Of a stretch of 64,000 nt of DNA, positions 1 to 9,673 are shown in pieces. Within the stretch, counting starts at the first letter, position 1. Every line of letters starts with the position of its first letter. The notes under the pieces are model-generated. The model did no database searches, was not told the origin of the DNA, and saw only the letters and a program-made list of their open reading frames with translations. The translations under genes and the position numbers were made by a program. The DNA comes from an uncultured Methanosarcinales archaeon (GTDB lineage: Archaea > Nanobdellota > Nanobdellia > Woesearchaeales > GW2011-AR9), in contig CAZWBB010000004.1 in the NCBI GenBank assembly GCA_964632045.1, positions 18,615-82,614 of the forward strand, in the 5' to 3' direction.

Positions 1-3000
1 AAAAGTAGGAAATTACGGAATGAGAGGGTTAGGGAACTGGAAGAGCAGGGTGTTCTGAAAAGCAAAGCACATTCGATTGTCGATCAGGAGTTAGCTGTTA
101 TGGAAGGGACTTTGGAAAAAATAGGTATTAAAGGATATGAGCCAATGAAGTATAACCCATATGATGCGGGAATAGGGGTAGGGTATGAGTCTGATGCCAA
201 AGGATTGGTGACCTTGATGAATGGCCAAGAGATAGATTTGATTTCAGGTTTTGGTTATAGGATTACTGATCAAGCAGCTATCGACAGGGGATTTTTTGAA
301 GTAGCTCCAGGTGTTGTTGTGGACGTAGTACCAACACCAGATGGGAGAGGGCATAGAGTAGTATTATTCGACCTTGATGATGCGGGTAATCCAACCATTT
401 CAAAATTTTTCGAAGAGGGGGAGGAAGGAGTAAATTTCATGACTACAGATGCACTTCGGGCAAAATATACTTTTGAAAAAAGAGCAGATAGACTAGCTTT
501 GTTGGATGAAATTGATGAGGGTGTAGTTCCCCTAAGCGCGGAAGACATGTTTGACGTAAGGTCTCTTGAATCGGGTCCAGCTCGTCCTCCTGCTACCATA
601 CCTGATAGAATTTGGGTATCTGACATTGATAATCAAGCAACGATTGATTTCCTCACTGAAAATGGTTTTGTCAACCCTGACGGCACCGTTGTATTAAGAC
701 GGCCAGAGCCAAAGGCTTCAAAAAGTCTTAAAGACCAGGTAGGTACTGATTTGGAAGGTACGATCATTGACGATCTTAACCTGTATCAGGCGACTAAGGT
801 GATGGACAGTCACGGAAATTGGTGGTATCTTAAGTTAGGGTTGGATGGTGGATTTGAGCAGAAGATTGGGACAGTATATAGCATGCGTGATACAGTACGT
901 AGACATAAAGCCATGGAGAATATCCTTCGTAATATATTCGGTTTACCCGTACCGGAAACCAGGATTCTGCGTACAGCAGACGGTCTGACTATCATGGCTT
1001 CTCCTGCGTTGGACTCTTATACCTCTTTGGAGAAAGGAGAAGTACCCGAACTTCTTGCGCAATTCGTCGCTAATAATGGTCTTGGTCCCGAAGATGCAGC
1101 AAGATTACAGCGTGAAGCAGATTTGTATACCGCGTTACATGCAAAGTTCAGGATTGGCGATGCGGAACTGGGAGTGGCTTATTTTGACGGGATACCTCAC
1201 ATTGTATCTGTCGATAATGAGGTGGCTTTGGCTGGAATGCGTGTTGGGGAGATGATAAATGTTCTGCTTCATGATTTGATGGGAGTCCGCGATGAAACTG
1301 AAGTAATATCGAATGACAGGGTATTTGGCAGCCGTAGAAAGGGGCGATATTTTGGAGAAGTTAATGAAATTGATAGAGAATTATTTGAAAGTGATTTCGC
1401 TGATCATATTGCCATGATCGGGGATCGTGTTGATGGCCCTGATGGTGCTCAGAGGATGCGCAAAGAACTACTAGATGCGGGTTATTCAAAGTCTGAGGTA
1501 GATACGCTTGTAAGAGATATTCAGGATGTTGATGTACGCCATGACTTAGAGACGATAGTAAGAGGGAACGGTGAGGCTGTAGTTTCCGCAGATGGAAAGT
1601 TACGTACTAAGAGCGATTATATTGCCTTTAGGGAAACTGATGAAGGGGATCTTCTGTTCAGGAAGCATAGAAATGAAGTGGTTGCCGAAGCTAGGCAGTT
1701 GGAAGGAGAGGCAAAAGTCAGAAAAGCGGCTGAGTTTCCCGTAGATGAGACTGGTGCCGTACAAAGAAATGTCGTTAACTCAGAGATGATGGATCCTTGT
1801 CCAATCGCTGGGAGAGCAACAGGGATGGCTATGCCTTGTGGTCTCGGTGTTTCTCCCGGTAATTTGAAAGGAAGAAGAGTAAGTATCCAATCGGTCGAAG
1901 GCGGTTCTATCAATGGTGAGTATATGGGTCAGATGGGAGATCAACTGTATCTTAGGCTAGATAATGGTAATGTGAGAGTGCTGGATACCAATCAACTGGA
2001 TATTCATAGTATGGAGGAAGTACCGCTTCCCAAACAGGACACTATGGTTGAGGTTCGCACAGCTGATGGTCCGCTAAGGGGAAAATTCCAAGGTGTTGAT
2101 GAAGAGAATGGCCTTCTATTTGTTGAGGTGAACGGTGAAGTTAGGATTTTTGATGAACAGGAAGTCGCCTTTGCCAGCCTGCGGGAGTTACCGTCCAAAT
2201 CTAAAGTGGCAGCAAAAATTGCTAAGAATCGTCTAACTGGACAGACTTATGTCGGCCAGGGGCCACGCAAGGTTGTATTTAATCCCCAGAACATCAAAAA
2301 GTCTGGCCTAGATCTTGGGGAAGGTGAAACTCTTGTCGCTATGCATATAGATGGACAGACAGGAGAGGTTCGTCTACTTGATCCAACCAGAACATCTTCC
2401 GCCTCCGTGAAGGATGGAGATATTGTTACAAAGGTTAAAGTGAATAATAGAGGAAGAATCATCGAAGTGGAGGGGACGAGAATATCTCGCGCCGGCCAGC
2501 TTGAGAAAGTTGCAGAAGGCTCGGACTTTGGGGAGTATGTGAAATCCACAGCAAGAGAATTTAATGAGGAGTTCTTTCCTTCCTCGCGTATCCCTCCGGC
2601 AAGGACATCAGACGTGGCAAATATTCAGTCGGGAAAGAGGGGATATACTGCTGTGGGTGATTTACATGGCAGTTATGATAACCTCATGGATGACCTTAAC
2701 TTTGATCCAGACAATCCTCTTATTCGAGGTGATCCAGATGATATTGACAGTTGGCAATGGACTGGTGGGGATGCTGTTATTGTTCAGTCAGGAGATATTT
2801 ATGATAGAGGTCCGGATTCTTTGGCCATCCGAGAAGCGATGAACAAGTTGGATGGTCAAGCCAGGCGGCAGGGAGGTAGGGTGGTCCGCTTGATGGGCAA
2901 CCATGAGTTGGGCTTTGTTGATGGAAGTCCATTCATATCAATGTCCGAAGTTAATGAGATTATTGAGAGCGGCAGGGATGTGAGAGCTTACATTGACATG

Positions 3001-5976
3001 GTAAGAGGTCATATTCTGGAAGATGTCAAAGAAGGAAGAATAGTTGCAGCAACAGTAGTCAACGGAGAATTATTTACACATGCTGGTGTAAGCTTCCGCA
3101 AGTTTCCGGAATTTAGGGGTTTGTCTCCGCAAGGTGTTGCGGAGGAAATCAACAGGCGTTTTGTAAGAGCGATGGAATCCGGTGATTTTTCTGACCCCAT
3201 ATTTGATATTGGTATTACCGGAAGATTGGGGGAGGAAGGAGTAGCTCAGATTAAAGCCAATCCTGCCCTTCTCGATGATCCCGAGAATATTGGGGGTGTC
3301 TTCTGGGTGCGCAGAGCTGAGACGAAGGACTTACAGGATTTCAACCCAGCCAAGCACCGTAAGCGGGGTTATGCTCAATATACCGGTCATGAGGCCAAGC
3401 GGACAAAAGACGTGCAGGGGATTGAGGTTGTTGATTTGGGCGATGATGCTTTTGGTAATCCTGTCAAGTTGGGCAACCTTGATGTTGGCAGGACCAAAGC
3501 TTACGGGGGAGGTAAAGGTAGATTATCCAGAAGCGGTGATGATGCATTTGAGAATCTTATGGACAGAGGACTTATCCGGGATGAAGGAATACCTACAACA
3601 CAACAAAGAGCTGGCGAGGGAAGCGTAGTCAATGGCGAACTGATCAATCCTGATGTGGCCCAACCGTGCGTCCGTGTTGTGGGGGGAGCGATACATGGCT
3701 TTGCCGTCGGTTGTCCGGTCGGTTATTGGGACCCGGGCGATGAATTCCCCATCACCACATTAGCAGAGGCAAGAGCAGAAAGTGTTGTAAGATCAGACCC
3801 TGCTGATGTCTCTCACCTGGTCAGTCTTGTTGGTACGGAATCTGAGAGACTGGGGGTGGATCTGCGCTGGGGGGCAGACATCGATCCAGCGGTTGTGGCG
3901 CGGATGGATCCTGAAATAAAGCAGACAATATATGAGGCCTTCCGCGCTAATCCAGAGGAAACACTACGTAAGCTTGATCCTGAACTTGTCGATGAAGTAC
4001 TTGCTGAAAGAGGGATAGACTTGTTAGATTATCTGGAAGCTGCAGAGGATTTCGTTCCTGTCCCATTGCTGGAAGATGTCCGTGAGGGTAGGGTCGCTAG
4101 AAAAGTTATCCCTGCTTCTGGTGATGAAGCTGAGCTTAGAGCTGCTATAGGTACGTTGGAAGAAGCAAGGGGAAGGGTTGCCCGTGAAGGTTTACCAAAG
4201 AGAGAAGTACAATCTGATCTGCCAATTGATGACGATCATCTTGAGGTCGAATCGTTTGCAGGATACCGGGAAAGGGTTGCCCGTGAAGGTTTGCCCGAGG
4301 TAGAAGTGTTATATGGTGAAGAGAGATTCAGGGTTGCTACATTGGATGAAGTCAGAGCTGAGCGTCAAAGACCGCAAGTAGAATTGTCTGGTTGCCCATT
4401 TATCGGGAGAGCCATCGGTGGATGTCAGGGCAGGGGGACTGTGGGGGGAGTGGCTTGTGAGAAGACGGATGGAGTTGGTTGGCGTAGGTTGGATGGTGAG
4501 GAGATTACTCTGGAGCAGGTTGTTGCATTGGAATCTACTGACAGTGGTGTTGATCTGTTTGCTGGTGGAGGAAGACTTCCTGCTGATGCTGTTGGAGGGA
4601 TTGATCCAACTGTGAGAACAGCGATTGCTGACGCTTTTAGGGATGATCCTATCAGTGTATCTGGCAAAGTCAACAACAACATTCTTGGCAAGATGGGACT
4701 TGGCGGAAGGGAAGAGTTTGAATCAGCGTTAAGGGAGCAAGGTAGGGTAGCAGCCTTGTTAGATCAAGCATTACAAGATGGCTTCTCCGTTGGTATACAT
4801 CCAGGGACAGGCGAGATTACTTCCGGAACGCGAGGTGCACAGTACATAAACGGACGTTATGGAGTAGTTGTTGATGACAGCGCAGGAATCACAACAGTTC
4901 TTTATGAGAGTGGCGGCCAGATTCATGTTGCAGAGAAAGGCATGTTCTTTGATGATTTTGATGGAAGGTCCCTGGTAAGTCGTCTAAATGATGATCCTCA
5001 AGTTCAGTCAGACTTAGAGCGAATTGCCTCGGGACTAGAGATGCGTGGGGGGAGAGAGTTGAGAAGTGATATGGGCATTATTTCAGAGATAAGAAAGATG
5101 CATGGGAGAGATGCTCCAAGATATGAGGGTTTTTTTCCTGAAGATGTGCTGGAAGAGAACAGGGAAGCCTACCGGCAACTGCGAAGGGCCATGGCGGAAG
5201 ATCCACCTGATGCAATCTTCACCATTGAAAGGGGAGGAGGATTCATTGGAGAAAGTCTTGTAGAAGGGACTGTTTTCGCAGATAAATTATCAAAAGTCCC
5301 GAAATTTCGCCCTGGAAGTACAAGGGTTGGGGTAGATGTTCCTGATTTGGATCTTCTTAGAGAGAATATTCAGAAGTCGATTGATTCTGGCTCTACCACT
5401 ATATTCATCTCTAATAGTTACGGTAGCGGGGTCTTCAATGGAGGGGATTTGAAATCTCAAGTTATTGATCCCCTACTTAGGGAAAATCCTGGAGTTAAGC
5501 TGGATCTGGAAGTAAGGGATTATGAATACTTCAGACAGAAGTTGCAGGAAAAGATTGATGCAGGAGAGACAAAGCTTGCCATTACTGATACTTATTTTGG
5601 AGGTAGGTTCTCCAGAGAATTAAGAAGTAAAGTAGTGAAGCCTTTGCTAAGAAGTAATCCGGACATTGAAATAGATATATACTGGATGAGGGAGACATTT
5701 GGATTTGAACCTCTCTCGGCGGAAGGAATGCCCACCCTCACGCCATTCCAAGGATCAATAAAACCCACTTCTCCTTACGCATCCAGAGTAGAAGTCCACG
5801 AAGCCCGTACACGAGTCGTACTGGGTGATGATATGGACCTGATTTTTGATGGTTCTGATGACCCTTTAGTAATTTTTGATTCCGAAGGAAAAGTGGAACG
5901 ATTAGTACGACCTGAGACAACATCCCGCGAAGCCCTGGTTAATCTGCTGACGGAAGGTTCAGAGCAATCTAATTAA
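1..5976 (+). CDS. Giant multidomain protein, 5' end outside the window: degenerate HipA/PI3K-like kinase segment, two Sm/SH3-like repeats, PPP/Shewanella-like metallophosphoesterase, C-terminal PRTase-like region
   Basis: Frame is open from base 1 (KSRKLRNERV...) to the stop at 5976. Phosphoesterase motifs GDLHG, GDIYDRGPDS, GNHE, THAG, GHE at about 2650-3500. PDAIFTIERGG and AITDTYFGG near the C-terminus. WYLK...GLPVPET...VDNE at about 820-1230. Confidence 0.75.
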   Translation, partial: KSRKLRNERVRELEEQGVLKSKAHSIVDQELAVMEGTLEKIGIKGYEPMKYNPYDAGIGVGYESDAKGLVTLMNGQEIDLISGFGYRITDQAAIDRGFFEVAPGVVVDVVPTPDGRGHRVVLFDLDDAGNPTISKFFEEGEEGVNFMTTDALRAKYTFEKRADRLALLDEIDEGVVPLSAEDMFDVRSLESGPARPPATIPDRIWVSDIDNQATIDFLTENGFVNPDGTVVLRRPEPKASKSLKDQVGTDLEGTIIDDLNLYQATKVMDSHGNWWYLKLGLDGGFEQKIGTVYSMRDTVRRHKAMENILRNIFGLPVPETRILRTADGLTIMASPALDSYTSLEKGEVPELLAQFVANNGLGPEDAARLQREADLYTALHAKFRIGDAELGVAYFDGIPHIVSVDNEVALAGMRVGEMINVLLHDLMGVRDETEVISNDRVFGSRRKGRYFGEVNEIDRELFESDFADHIAMIGDRVDGPDGAQRMRKELLDAGYSKSEVDTLVRDIQDVDVRHDLETIVRGNGEAVVSADGKLRTKSDYIAFRETDEGDLLFRKHRNEVVAEARQLEGEAKVRKAAEFPVDETGAVQRNVVNSEMMDPCPIAGRATGMAMPCGLGVSPGNLKGRRVSIQSVEGGSINGEYMGQMGDQLYLRLDNGNVRVLDTNQLDIHSMEEVPLPKQDTMVEVRTADGPLRGKFQGVDEENGLLFVEVNGEVRIFDEQEVAFASLRELPSKSKVAAKIAKNRLTGQTYVGQGPRKVVFNPQNIKKSGLDLGEGETLVAMHIDGQTGEVRLLDPTRTSSASVKDGDIVTKVKVNNRGRIIEVEGTRISRAGQLEKVAEGSDFGEYVKSTAREFNEEFFPSSRIPPARTSDVANIQSGKRGYTAVGDLHGSYDNLMDDLNFDPDNPLIRGDPDDIDSWQWTGGDAVIVQSGDIYDRGPDSLAIREAMNKLDGQARRQGGRVVRLMGNHELGFVDGSPFISMSEVNEIIESGRDVRAYIDMVRGHILEDVKEGRIVAATVVNGELFTHAGVSFRKFPEFRGLSPQGVAEEINRRFVRAMESGDFSDPIFDIGITGRLGEEGVAQIKANPALLDDPENIGGVFWVRRAETKDLQDFNPAKHRKRGYAQYTGHEAKRTKDVQGIEVVDLGDDAFGNPVKLGNLDVGRTKAYGGGKGRLSRSGDDAFENLMDRGLIRDEGIPTTQQRAGEGSVVNGELINPDVAQPCVRVVGGAIHGFAVGCPVGYWDPGDEFPITTLAEARAESVVRSDPADVSHLVSLVGTESERLGVDLRWGADIDPAVVARMDPEIKQTIYEAFRANPEETLRKLDPELVDEVLAERGIDLLDYLEAAEDFVPVPLLEDVREGRVARKVIPASGDEAELRAAIGTLEEARGRVAREGLPKREVQSDLPIDDDHLEVESFAGYRERVAREGLPEVEVLYGEERFRVATLDEVRAERQRPQVELSGCPFIGRAIGGCQGRGTVGGVACEKTDGVGWRRLDGEEITLEQVVALESTDSGVDLFAGGGRLPADAVGGIDPTVRTAIADAFRDDPISVSGKVNNNILGKMGLGGREEFESALREQGRVAALLDQALQDGFSVGIHPGTGEITSGTRGAQYINGRYGVVVDDSAGITTVLYESGGQIHVAEKGMFFDDFDGRSLVSRLNDDPQVQSDLERIASGLEMRGGRELRSDMGIISEIRKMHGRDAPRYEGFFPEDVLEENREAYRQLRRAMAEDPPDAIFTIERGGGFIGESLVEGTVFADKLSKVPKFRPGSTRVGVDVPDLDLLRENIQKSIDSGSTTIFISNSYGSGVFNGGDLKSQVIDPLLRENPGVKLDLEVRDYEYFRQKLQEKIDAGETKLAITDTYFGGRFSRELRSKVVKPLLRSNPDIEIDIYWMRETFGFEPLSAEGMPTLTPFQGSIKPTSPYASRVEVHEARTRVVLGDDMDLIFDGSDDPLVIFDSEGKVERLVRPETTSREALVNLLTEGSEQSN

Positions 5977-6843
5977 TCTTTCATAAAAGAGCTTCCTATC
6001 AAAATCGTAAAATGCAGTTATATTACCTCCTTCCATGGGTATACAATATAAAATATCGCCTTGTTTCCCACGTTCTTTTGTCAACCTGACCTCTTGTCCC
6101 TTGAAAATATCTGGAAACAAAAATGCTCCTACCGTGAGAGGATCACACAGTCTGAAAGAATCCCTTCCAGTGTAGGATAGGAAACAATCCGCTAATCCAG
6201 AGACGGCATCATGTAATTTTGACTTATTTGCTTTACTTCTAATCACTGCTGGATTTAGAAATAGGTCGTAAGTGATGTCACGAGGAAGCAGGGAGATCGG
6301 AATGTTCTGAGACGTAACATATTCAAAGGCCTTCCGGTCCCTCACGTAATTATGTTCTGGTTTGTGCAAATTATATTTGTTTCGGTAAAGCACTCCGCCC
6401 ATAAGGTAAATAGAATTGATTTTTGGAGCTATTGAGGGGTCTTTTAGTAGAGCATTTGCAAGATTTGTATTAGGTGCGAGAGAGATTAGATTGATTTCCT
6501 GAGGACTTTTGTGTATAGAGTCTATTATGAAATCAATTCCTTTGTCAGATATTCCAAACTCTACATCTTGCTCTTGCAAGTCCTTGTCAGAAAGGAATGA
6601 ATAGTCATAAACTGAGATGTAGTTCCCTTTTTTCTTCTTCAACTGGCCATCGTAGAAGACAGGAATCTCCTGTTTACCTGCCAGGTTGAGAATTTTCCTG
6701 GCAAATTTTGCTTTATCCCTAATATCTTCCTTTGTTGTGATGATCCCTTCCACTTGTATTTCAGGGGAATTGATTGCTAGAAGCATTGCTAGCAAGTCGT
6801 CAAAATCTCCACCAATATCCGTATTTATGATTACCTTTTGCAT
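5959..6843 (-). CDS. Inosine/uridine-preferring nucleoside hydrolase family protein
   Basis: N-terminal NTDIGGDFDD (DxDxxxDD-like), LAPNTNLA, LMGG, EHN and CDPL; the usual HDP His is a Cys here. Confidence 0.9.
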   Translation of the reverse strand: MQKVIINTDIGGDFDDLLAMLLAINSPEIQVEGIITTKEDIRDKAKFARKILNLAGKQEIPVFYDGQLKKKKGNYISVYDYSFLSDKDLQEQDVEFGISDKGIDFIIDSIHKSPQEINLISLAPNTNLANALLKDPSIAPKINSIYLMGGVLYRNKYNLHKPEHNYVRDRKAFEYVTSQNIPISLLPRDITYDLFLNPAVIRSKANKSKLHDAVSGLADCFLSYTGRDSFRLCDPLTVGAFLFPDIFKGQEVRLTKERGKQGDILYCIPMEGGNITAFYDFDRKLFYERLIRLL

Positions 6844-7556
6844 ATTCTTTCTTTTGGTATTAGGCTGATGTAATTAATCCTTTCATTCTCTAGGGAGTCA
6901 GTAATGTTGCCTGAATGAATATGTAATACCCCTAGCAACTGGAATATTTTTGCTTGCTCTTCTAGCTTCTTGTAATTTCTTGTTGTGCCATTAATTAGAG
7001 GGATAATTCCTGTTGCTTTATGATAGCAGAAGTTCTCATCCCTCATTTGAAAAGTATCCATGTAATCCTGAACAGCTTGGTGATAAAGAGGATCTTCCCT
7101 ACAATAGTTCTCTTCTGCAAGCTTAAGTGCATTGGACGCTATCATGAACTCTGCTACATATTTATCCTTGTCATTGAAGATTGTCCTAATGCATTTTTCT
7201 ACAAGAAGTGGTTTTAACTTCCCAAAAAGGTTGTTATTATGGTAGTGTTCATACAATATCTCGATAGGTCCTCTCCCTTCACACATCAGCAAGTCCTTAT
7301 TGGATAAGTTTGGCCGCAGGATGTGAATCAACCTATCCTCTTGGTTGATTTTCTTGTCATTATGGCTAAAACCAAGCAAAACAACCGAAGGTGCTTCTCC
7401 TGAAACAGAATGTATGATATAACCATTCTGGTGGGCGGTCTCTACGAGCTTTTGTGAAAAAGGATCCAGCTCAAAGAAGTCAAAGTCTATTTCTTTTGGC
7501 TCAGAGTGTAGGTTTGCTTCTAGTTCCAGTAATTTAGTAACAATGTTGGGTTTCAT
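6831..7556 (-). CDS. Hypothetical protein; intact member of a small local family
   Basis: 241-aa ORF overlapping the hydrolase start; fragments resembling it lie at 7553-7771 and 8676-8930. Confidence 0.7.
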   Translation of the reverse strand: MKPNIVTKLLELEANLHSEPKEIDFDFFELDPFSQKLVETAHQNGYIIHSVSGEAPSVVLLGFSHNDKKINQEDRLIHILRPNLSNKDLLMCEGRGPIEILYEHYHNNNLFGKLKPLLVEKCIRTIFNDKDKYVAEFMIASNALKLAEENYCREDPLYHQAVQDYMDTFQMRDENFCYHKATGIIPLINGTTRNYKKLEEQAKIFQLLGVLHIHSGNITDSLENERINYISLIPKERICKR

Positions 7557-7771
7557 TTGAAGATATACCTCACGCTTGGGTGTGAAGATTCTGGTCCTGT
7601 AAATGGATGGATCTCTCCAATGAGAATAACCTTTGGTTCTAAGACGCTTCCAGAGGTATAATAAGCATCTGCTGCCAAACAGGTCCCTTCTGTTGCCAAG
7701 AGAATAGCCTTTGCATAGCTACCTAATTCTACCTTGCCTTTTTCGAAACACGACCCCATTGTAATAAACAC
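7553..7771 (-). pseudogene. Short ORF resembling the N-terminal part of the 6831-7556 family
   Basis: ELGSYAKAI...PKVILIGEIH versus ELDPFSQKL...PSVVLLGFSH; TATA-like tttaaata on the minus strand just upstream. Confidence 0.4.
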
Positions 7772-7852
7772 TATGGGTCTGCTTATTTAAATCTTTCGGG
7801 AGATTGTCCTCTAGTAGTAGTCTTTTTTGTTTGTTGCCATCGCTGAGTCGTA

Positions 7853-7866
7853 GAAACATTTAAATA
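7853..7866 (+). promoter_or_regulatory. Archaeal BRE/TATA-like promoter of the Dbr1-like gene
   Basis: gaaacatttaaata about 25-30 nt upstream of ATG 7889, no SD sequence (leaderless pattern). Confidence 0.5.
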
Positions 7867-7888
7867 TGCTAACAGTTATAAGTTATCG

Positions 7889-8653
7889 ATGGTTAGAATA
7901 TTTTTTGTGGGGGATATTCATGGTCGAATTGATCAGATGTACGAAAAAGCACTCTCTTGGCAGGAAGATAATGGGAAAAAGCTAGATTTGATTATCCAAC
8001 TAGGTGATTTTGAGGTAGTGAGATTTGAGGAAGACATTCGTAACATCGTTGGGCCAAAGAAATATCGTCAATTGGGGGATTTCCATAAGTACTTCTCAGG
8101 TGAGAAATCGGCCCCTATTCCTACTTTTTTTGTGGGTGGCAATCATGAAAATTATGATTATCTGGATTTTCATTATCCGGAAGGTTTTGAAGTTGCGCTA
8201 AACATATTTTACTTAGGAAGATCTGGAGTTAAGGACATTAGTGGGCTGAGGATAGGCTATTTTAGTGGGATAGAAAGCTCACGTTATTTTGATACACCTA
8301 GAAAGTTTTCTAGCGAAAATGGCAAGGTCCATTCCAACAAGTCCCGCCGGAAAGCAATGTATTATAATGAAGATGAATTATCAAAGTTATATGGAGAAAA
8401 GATGGATATTCTTGTCGCTCACGAATTCCCTAAGATGAATCTCTTGGACGGGGAACCAAACCATGTAGACGATTTAGTTAGGAAGGTGAAACCAGTACAT
8501 TTCTTTGCAGGACACTTACATTGGCATCGGCAGAGGGACATCGAAGTCAATGGTCATACTATTAATGCAAGGATACTGGCTCAGATAGGTGATGGGGGCG
8601 ATTATGAAGTGTTGGAAATGGATGCGCAGGATTTTTGCGTGAATTGCTTGTGA
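7889..8653 (+). CDS. Metallophosphoesterase of the Dbr1 (RNA lariat debranching enzyme) N-terminal type
   Basis: GDIHG, GDFEVVRFEEDI, PKKYRQLGDFHKYFSGEKSAPIPTFFVGGNHE, NIFYLGRSGV, GLRIGYFSGI, AHEFP and FAGHLH are collinear with the Dbr1 catalytic domain as I recall it. Confidence 0.85.
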   Translation: MVRIFFVGDIHGRIDQMYEKALSWQEDNGKKLDLIIQLGDFEVVRFEEDIRNIVGPKKYRQLGDFHKYFSGEKSAPIPTFFVGGNHENYDYLDFHYPEGFEVALNIFYLGRSGVKDISGLRIGYFSGIESSRYFDTPRKFSSENGKVHSNKSRRKAMYYNEDELSKLYGEKMDILVAHEFPKMNLLDGEPNHVDDLVRKVKPVHFFAGHLHWHRQRDIEVNGHTINARILAQIGDGGDYEVLEMDAQDFCVNCL

Positions 8654-8675
8654 ATCTACTAGCAGAGTATTCTTA

Positions 8676-8930
8676 TCACAGTATATCTGGATTAGGCATT
8701 AAACACAAGTAAGAAATATCTTCTTTTTCCAGGAAGTTGTTGATGTTCCCTGCCAAAGCATGGACACGACCTACCAACTGAAAGATTCTTCCTCCCTCCA
8801 ATTTCCTATAATTATGAGTGGTGCCAAGTATAAGTGGAATTATTCCGCTGGATTGATGGTCGCACAAATTACGGTCTCTTGCTCGTAGTGCTGGCCTGTT
8901 CCTTCACACATAAGGATATCTCCCTCTTGC
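8676..8930 (-). pseudogene. Deleted, frameshifted remnant of a 6831-7556 paralog overlapping the 3' end of the PHP gene
   Basis: RDRNLCDHQSSGIIPLILGTTHNYRKL..IFQLVG matches MRDENFCYHKATGIIPLINGTTRNYKKL..IFQLLG. A different frame just upstream reads GDILMCEGTG, matching KDLLMCEGRG. Confidence 0.75.
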
Positions 8931-9582
8931 GTTGTGGAAGATGGTCCTCGCCCGGTTCGTTCTCCCCAAAACTCACCTCTCCCGCTTTCAGTAGTCGGAC
9001 AAAATCTTTCATATTACTAACTTCCCCTGCAATAGTCGTATAGGCACGACCAACCCTGCTGGCATAATGTGCGTCAGATCCGCCCACGACTGGAATGTTA
9101 TGTTCTCTGGCAAATTCCAACATCCTGCCGTTCTGCTCAACATCGCATTTTGAATTATATTCCAGGGCAGCGAAGTGTTGATGATATTCATGAAGCATAT
9201 CTCCAATACTGTCATCATAGCCTTTGAAAGGGTGGGCTGCCACCAAAGCCCAATCCTTCTGTTCAGCGATTCCGGCGATCACTGAAAGAGGGATCTTTTT
9301 TGTCGGGATATATTCGTCAGATTTGATGCCATAGATCAGCACATGTCCCTCCCTTGTCTTATATTCCACGCCACGTAAGATCAGCAGATCGCTGTCGCCA
9401 ATTTTCTCCCACGGCTCACTGGCATCATACGAATTGTGTTCCGTGATTATCACTCCATCAAGACCCAGACGCTTGGCCTTAGCGATTATCTCTTTTGGTT
9501 GACTGATGGAATCATGGCTGTACATACTGTGAACGTGAATATCAAACTTCACTGTACAAACTGTTCCGACCCCCATACACAT
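8869..9582 (-). CDS. PHP-family metal-dependent phosphoesterase
   Basis: DIHVHS..SHD, ITEHN, GVE, GH, AHP and GGSDAH motifs; start codon uncertain. Confidence 0.9.
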   Translation of the reverse strand: MCMGVGTVCTVKFDIHVHSMYSHDSISQPKEIIAKAKRLGLDGVIITEHNSYDASEPWEKIGDSDLLILRGVEYKTREGHVLIYGIKSDEYIPTKKIPLSVIAGIAEQKDWALVAAHPFKGYDDSIGDMLHEYHQHFAALEYNSKCDVEQNGRMLEFAREHNIPVVGGSDAHYASRVGRAYTTIAGEVSNMKDFVRLLKAGEVSFGENEPGEDHLPQRKREISLCVKEQASTTSKRP

Positions 9583-9673
9583 AATAGGAAGACTTTCTTT
9601 TATAAATGTTTCCCATTAACTACTTCAAAATAGTCTCGCATTAGTAAAACTTATAAATGTGGGCTCATAACAT

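Noticed and set aside
4168..4300. Near-identical 25-bp direct repeat as a mobile-element end
   Set aside because: In-frame duplication encoding RVAREGLP inside the giant ORF
5959..6843. Immunity gene for the giant protein
   Set aside because: It is convergent and is a recognisable nucleoside hydrolase
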